In this document: positions 61,060 to 64,000 of the stretch, piece by piece | How positions within the stretch are numbered: the first letter of the stretch is position 1 | Layout: the number at the start of each line of letters is the position of its first letter | Assembly (NCBI RefSeq): GCF_018350175.1 | Contig: NC_058368.1 | Location: 64,730,001-64,794,000, forward strand | Length of the DNA stretch: 64,000 bases | DNA from: Felis catus | Taxonomy: Eukaryota | Direction: 5' to 3' | The notes under the pieces: model-generated | The model's input: only the letters and a program-made list of their open reading frames with translations | The model's database searches: none | What the model was told of the DNA's origin: nothing | Program-made: the position numbers and the translations under genes

Positions 61060-63367
61060 TTACATTGAGACAATAGATCTCATTCACTACCCTCCTGTCT
61101 CTATGCAAAGACGATCCGGACATGACTGCCCCTATTCCTTGATTTTTTCATGCCTTAAACACACACGACATACCCACAGGCATGTATCCATGCATGAACA
61201 TACATGCAGATACTTTCACAGACGTATGACGAGGGAAATTTCTATCGCTATGTATTCATTACTCTTGCCAGATTAGGTTGGGTACCTGCTTGCCGTTTGT
61301 CCCAGGTTTGCAGCACATGAGGCTTACACAGTTTCCTTTGCCCAAGTCATAAATAGCAATTGAATCCATCCCCTTTTCTTTATTTTTCATTTTGCCACCC
61401 AGTAAACTCTCCTCCCTTTCTACTTTGTGATCATCTGCTCCAGTATCAGTGACCTGCTGTCTTTCCTCAGAGAGAATAGATCCTTTCTAACTAAAAATTT
61501 TGTACAGGATCTTTGGCCCAGGAGTCCTCTCTACTCCACCCCACTTTATGTCCCCTCTTATTTAAATCATGCAAATAGGCTAGAAATCACTTCCTTTGAG
61601 GTAATGTTCCTGAAACTCTACACAAAGAGCCATTACATACCCTATGTTTCTCTAAATATTTATACTAATAATTTTTGTTGAAATAATATTGAGTGCCTTA
61701 ACCTTTCTCTCAGTATGCAAATTCTAGAAAAGCATTGCCTTGCTCACTACTGATTTCCAGCACCCAGCATAGTCCTTGGCACTTGCTTGACCCTCACTGA
61801 ATTTAGGTTTTACAAAGAAATGAACATGTACACATGTACATGTACACATGTAGGCAATATACCAAAATGAAAAATTGCCAGAATCAAGGAAATGGTGCTA
61901 AATTGGGAGCCAGAAAGCTAATCCATATGGATGTCAAGGTGATGAGCCTGGGTAAACACTGGAAAGAAAATAGTGATCAACATGGGGAAGCCAAAGGGTG
62001 GGGGTTGGGGGTCCAGTGGAAACTCTGAAGCTGATTCCAGGAATGATTGGTTGTCCCCAAACATTGTTTATTCATGGTCTAGGGGTCTTTCCTGGGGGAG
62101 ACAAATTTATGTAAAGTGTTTTCTTTAAATGTCTCGCCAACTTGTATTTTGAATATTTAATTCTAGAACCATTTAAGACCCATCTGTCAGTGCTGTTCGT
62201 CTTTTTTTTTTCATCCTGCTAAATTCTAAGTCTCCATTTAGATTTCTCATTCTTTCTCTCTAAAGTTGAACTAGCAATGAAAAGATGGCGAATTCCTTTG
62301 TAGGTATGTCCCTAGGATTACATAGAGCCTAGTTAGCAAAAATGGACCATAACAAGTTAACAAAAAATCTACCCGGAATTCAAGGCGAAATATTAGCCTG
62401 TCCTCCCAGGTATCCAGAGCTGTGTCTACTGTCTACCAGCCCTCACTTTTTCTTTTTGTTTTCTCCTAAGGATCAGATCTCACTTTTTCAAATACTTTTG
62501 ATGCTCTGCAGCTCTACATACAGGAACACACTTTCATCTGTTCCATCTTGCAGTCCGGAAGCAGCAACATGACTACCTGTTAAGGCAAAAAGGCTGCTCC
62601 TTGGTCTGATCTGCATTTTTCAGGTAACTTTCTAGGCAGCCTATAATCCATCAGTCTGCCCCTCAGTAAATCTCAGAAAAAGAACACCTATAAGCCTAGT
62701 GCAGGGGTGTTCTGAAGTTTGACTAGTATTTTAGAGTGTTGCAGATCCCAAGATGAAAGCAGTAAGGAAGTTGAAAAAATAGTATTATTTATTCAACAGA
62801 CTTGCCAGAAATCTCAGATCTTCCCTAGTCACTACATTCTGTCCTGTACATATAATATAAAACTCTCCATGAAAGCAGAGCTGAGTCCTCAGTGAGAACA
62901 TTCAGAAACAAACAAGACCAGCCTCCAGGGGGAAGGCCTTGTAATACATGCTTTTTTCTCTTCTCCTATAATCACCTGAGATAGTGCTGAGATCTGAGTA
63001 GGTGCTCAACAAAGGCGCTCACTAAAATTATTCTGTAAAAGTATTTATAATTCAAAGAAAGGCTCATTACTCTCTTTGGAGGCACTTTCAGTGACAGTGA
63101 AACCACTTGACTATTACTACTTTAGAATCTGTGAGTATTCATCATTCTACCTTTCTACCTTTCCAGCTTTTATTTTCCATGTTTAATCACTTTTTCTCCC
63201 TCTGACTGAACGTATATCTTACTTTTCTTTATATTGGAAAGTTCATTTGCACATTCAGTGTAAAACATATTCCTTCAACCATTAGTTAATAGCTACTAGG
63301 GTCTACCATTTGTCTTAGCTACTAAGACAAAAAATATATTTTTACATGTAGGTGTATATGTTATAAA

Positions 63368-63488
63368 TATATATATATATTATATAACATATATAATATA
63401 TATATTATATATAACATATATAATATATATATTATATATAACATATATATATAATATATATATAGAGAGAGAGAGAGGGAGAGAGAGC
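63368..63488. repeat. AT-rich tandem repeat (three copies of a unit containing tataacatatata) followed by (GA)n
   Basis: Directly visible. Confidence 0.9.
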
Positions 63489-63549
63489 TAAATATATCTA
63501 TGTAACTATATAGATGTATCTATCAATAGAAAAAGAGAGACATTCTCTT

Positions 63550-64000
63550 CTATAATTTAGGATTGTTGTAACAAGGAACAGACAACTGTACTGAAAGTAT
63601 CTTTATCCCAATGAAAATGACTTATTGTATACAATAGGTAAATCCATGTTGGCTAACTTTTGAGGATCATTGACTCAGTGGCCCAGGGGCACTATCTAAT
63701 GCCTAGTCTCTTTCAATTACCCTCAAAGTTTCAACTGCTTTTTTCATCAGCAAGAAATGGCCCCCCAGCTCCAGACTTCATAGTTGCACTAAAAAACATC
63801 TAAATGGGTAAAAGAGAAGATGTCCCTTTTGGTATTAAGGGTGAGATAAAATAGCTTCAAAAGTTCCATTATATGCCTCCTCACATCAAAATCACATCCC
63901 ACAGCAGGATTAGCTCAGTGAATTTATGATTCTATCCTGGATCTGTGGAGATTCCCAGCCTCCTCTCTAGCCCATGGCTACCTGATGTAAAAGCAAAGGT
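63550..64000. mobile_element. MaLR LTR (MLT1J/K-like)
   Basis: ttaggattgttgtaacaaggaacagac...ttgactcagtggccca...aaatggccccccagctccagacttcat; recalled MLT1 similarity. Confidence 0.6.

Noticed and set aside
61821..61852. ACATGT repeat cluster as a p53 response element
   Set aside because: The CATG cores are spaced 4, 2 and 4 nt apart, not the 6 nt of a canonical RRRCWWGYYY dimer; simple slippage is more likely.
1..64000. Excess of minus-strand L1s as evidence for a plus-strand host gene intron
   Set aside because: Too few independent insertions, and several plus-strand L1s are present; not significant by eye.

Overview
This is AT-rich, gene-poor mammalian genomic DNA, intergenic or deep intronic. 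It comes from a cat-family carnivore, judged by the felid-type CanSINEs (SINEC_Fc-like) and carnivore LINE-1s. I recognise no protein-coding gene, RNA gene, CRISPR array or prokaryote-type system; the ORFs I can interpret are LINE-1 ORF1/ORF2 debris, SINE read-throughs or microsatellite translations. Much of the window is a layered record of retroelements: L2, MIR, a possible CR1 relic, ERVL/MaLR LTRs, old L1M elements, carnivore L1s and about 16 CanSINEs. The largest structure is an ~11.3 kb L1 with both termini (39963-51293, minus) and an 18-bp target-site duplication (TSD), sitting inside an L2. It hosts a younger 5.4 kb L1 (43312-48703) that is atypical at both ends. Its 5'UTR is joined directly into ORF1 at a CAG|G junction, as expected for a spliced L1. 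Its 3' end is foreshortened, it has no TSD, and about 0.7 kb of host sequence is missing. Other notable items are a twin-primed (5'-inverted) L1, two micro 3'-transduction candidates, a 28-nt orphan snippet of young L1 3'UTR inside an old L1, SINEs re-using older SINE target sites, a paired RFX-like palindrome and several unassigned exon-like segments. Repeat subfamily names come from recalled consensus similarity, and boundaries without TSDs are approximate.
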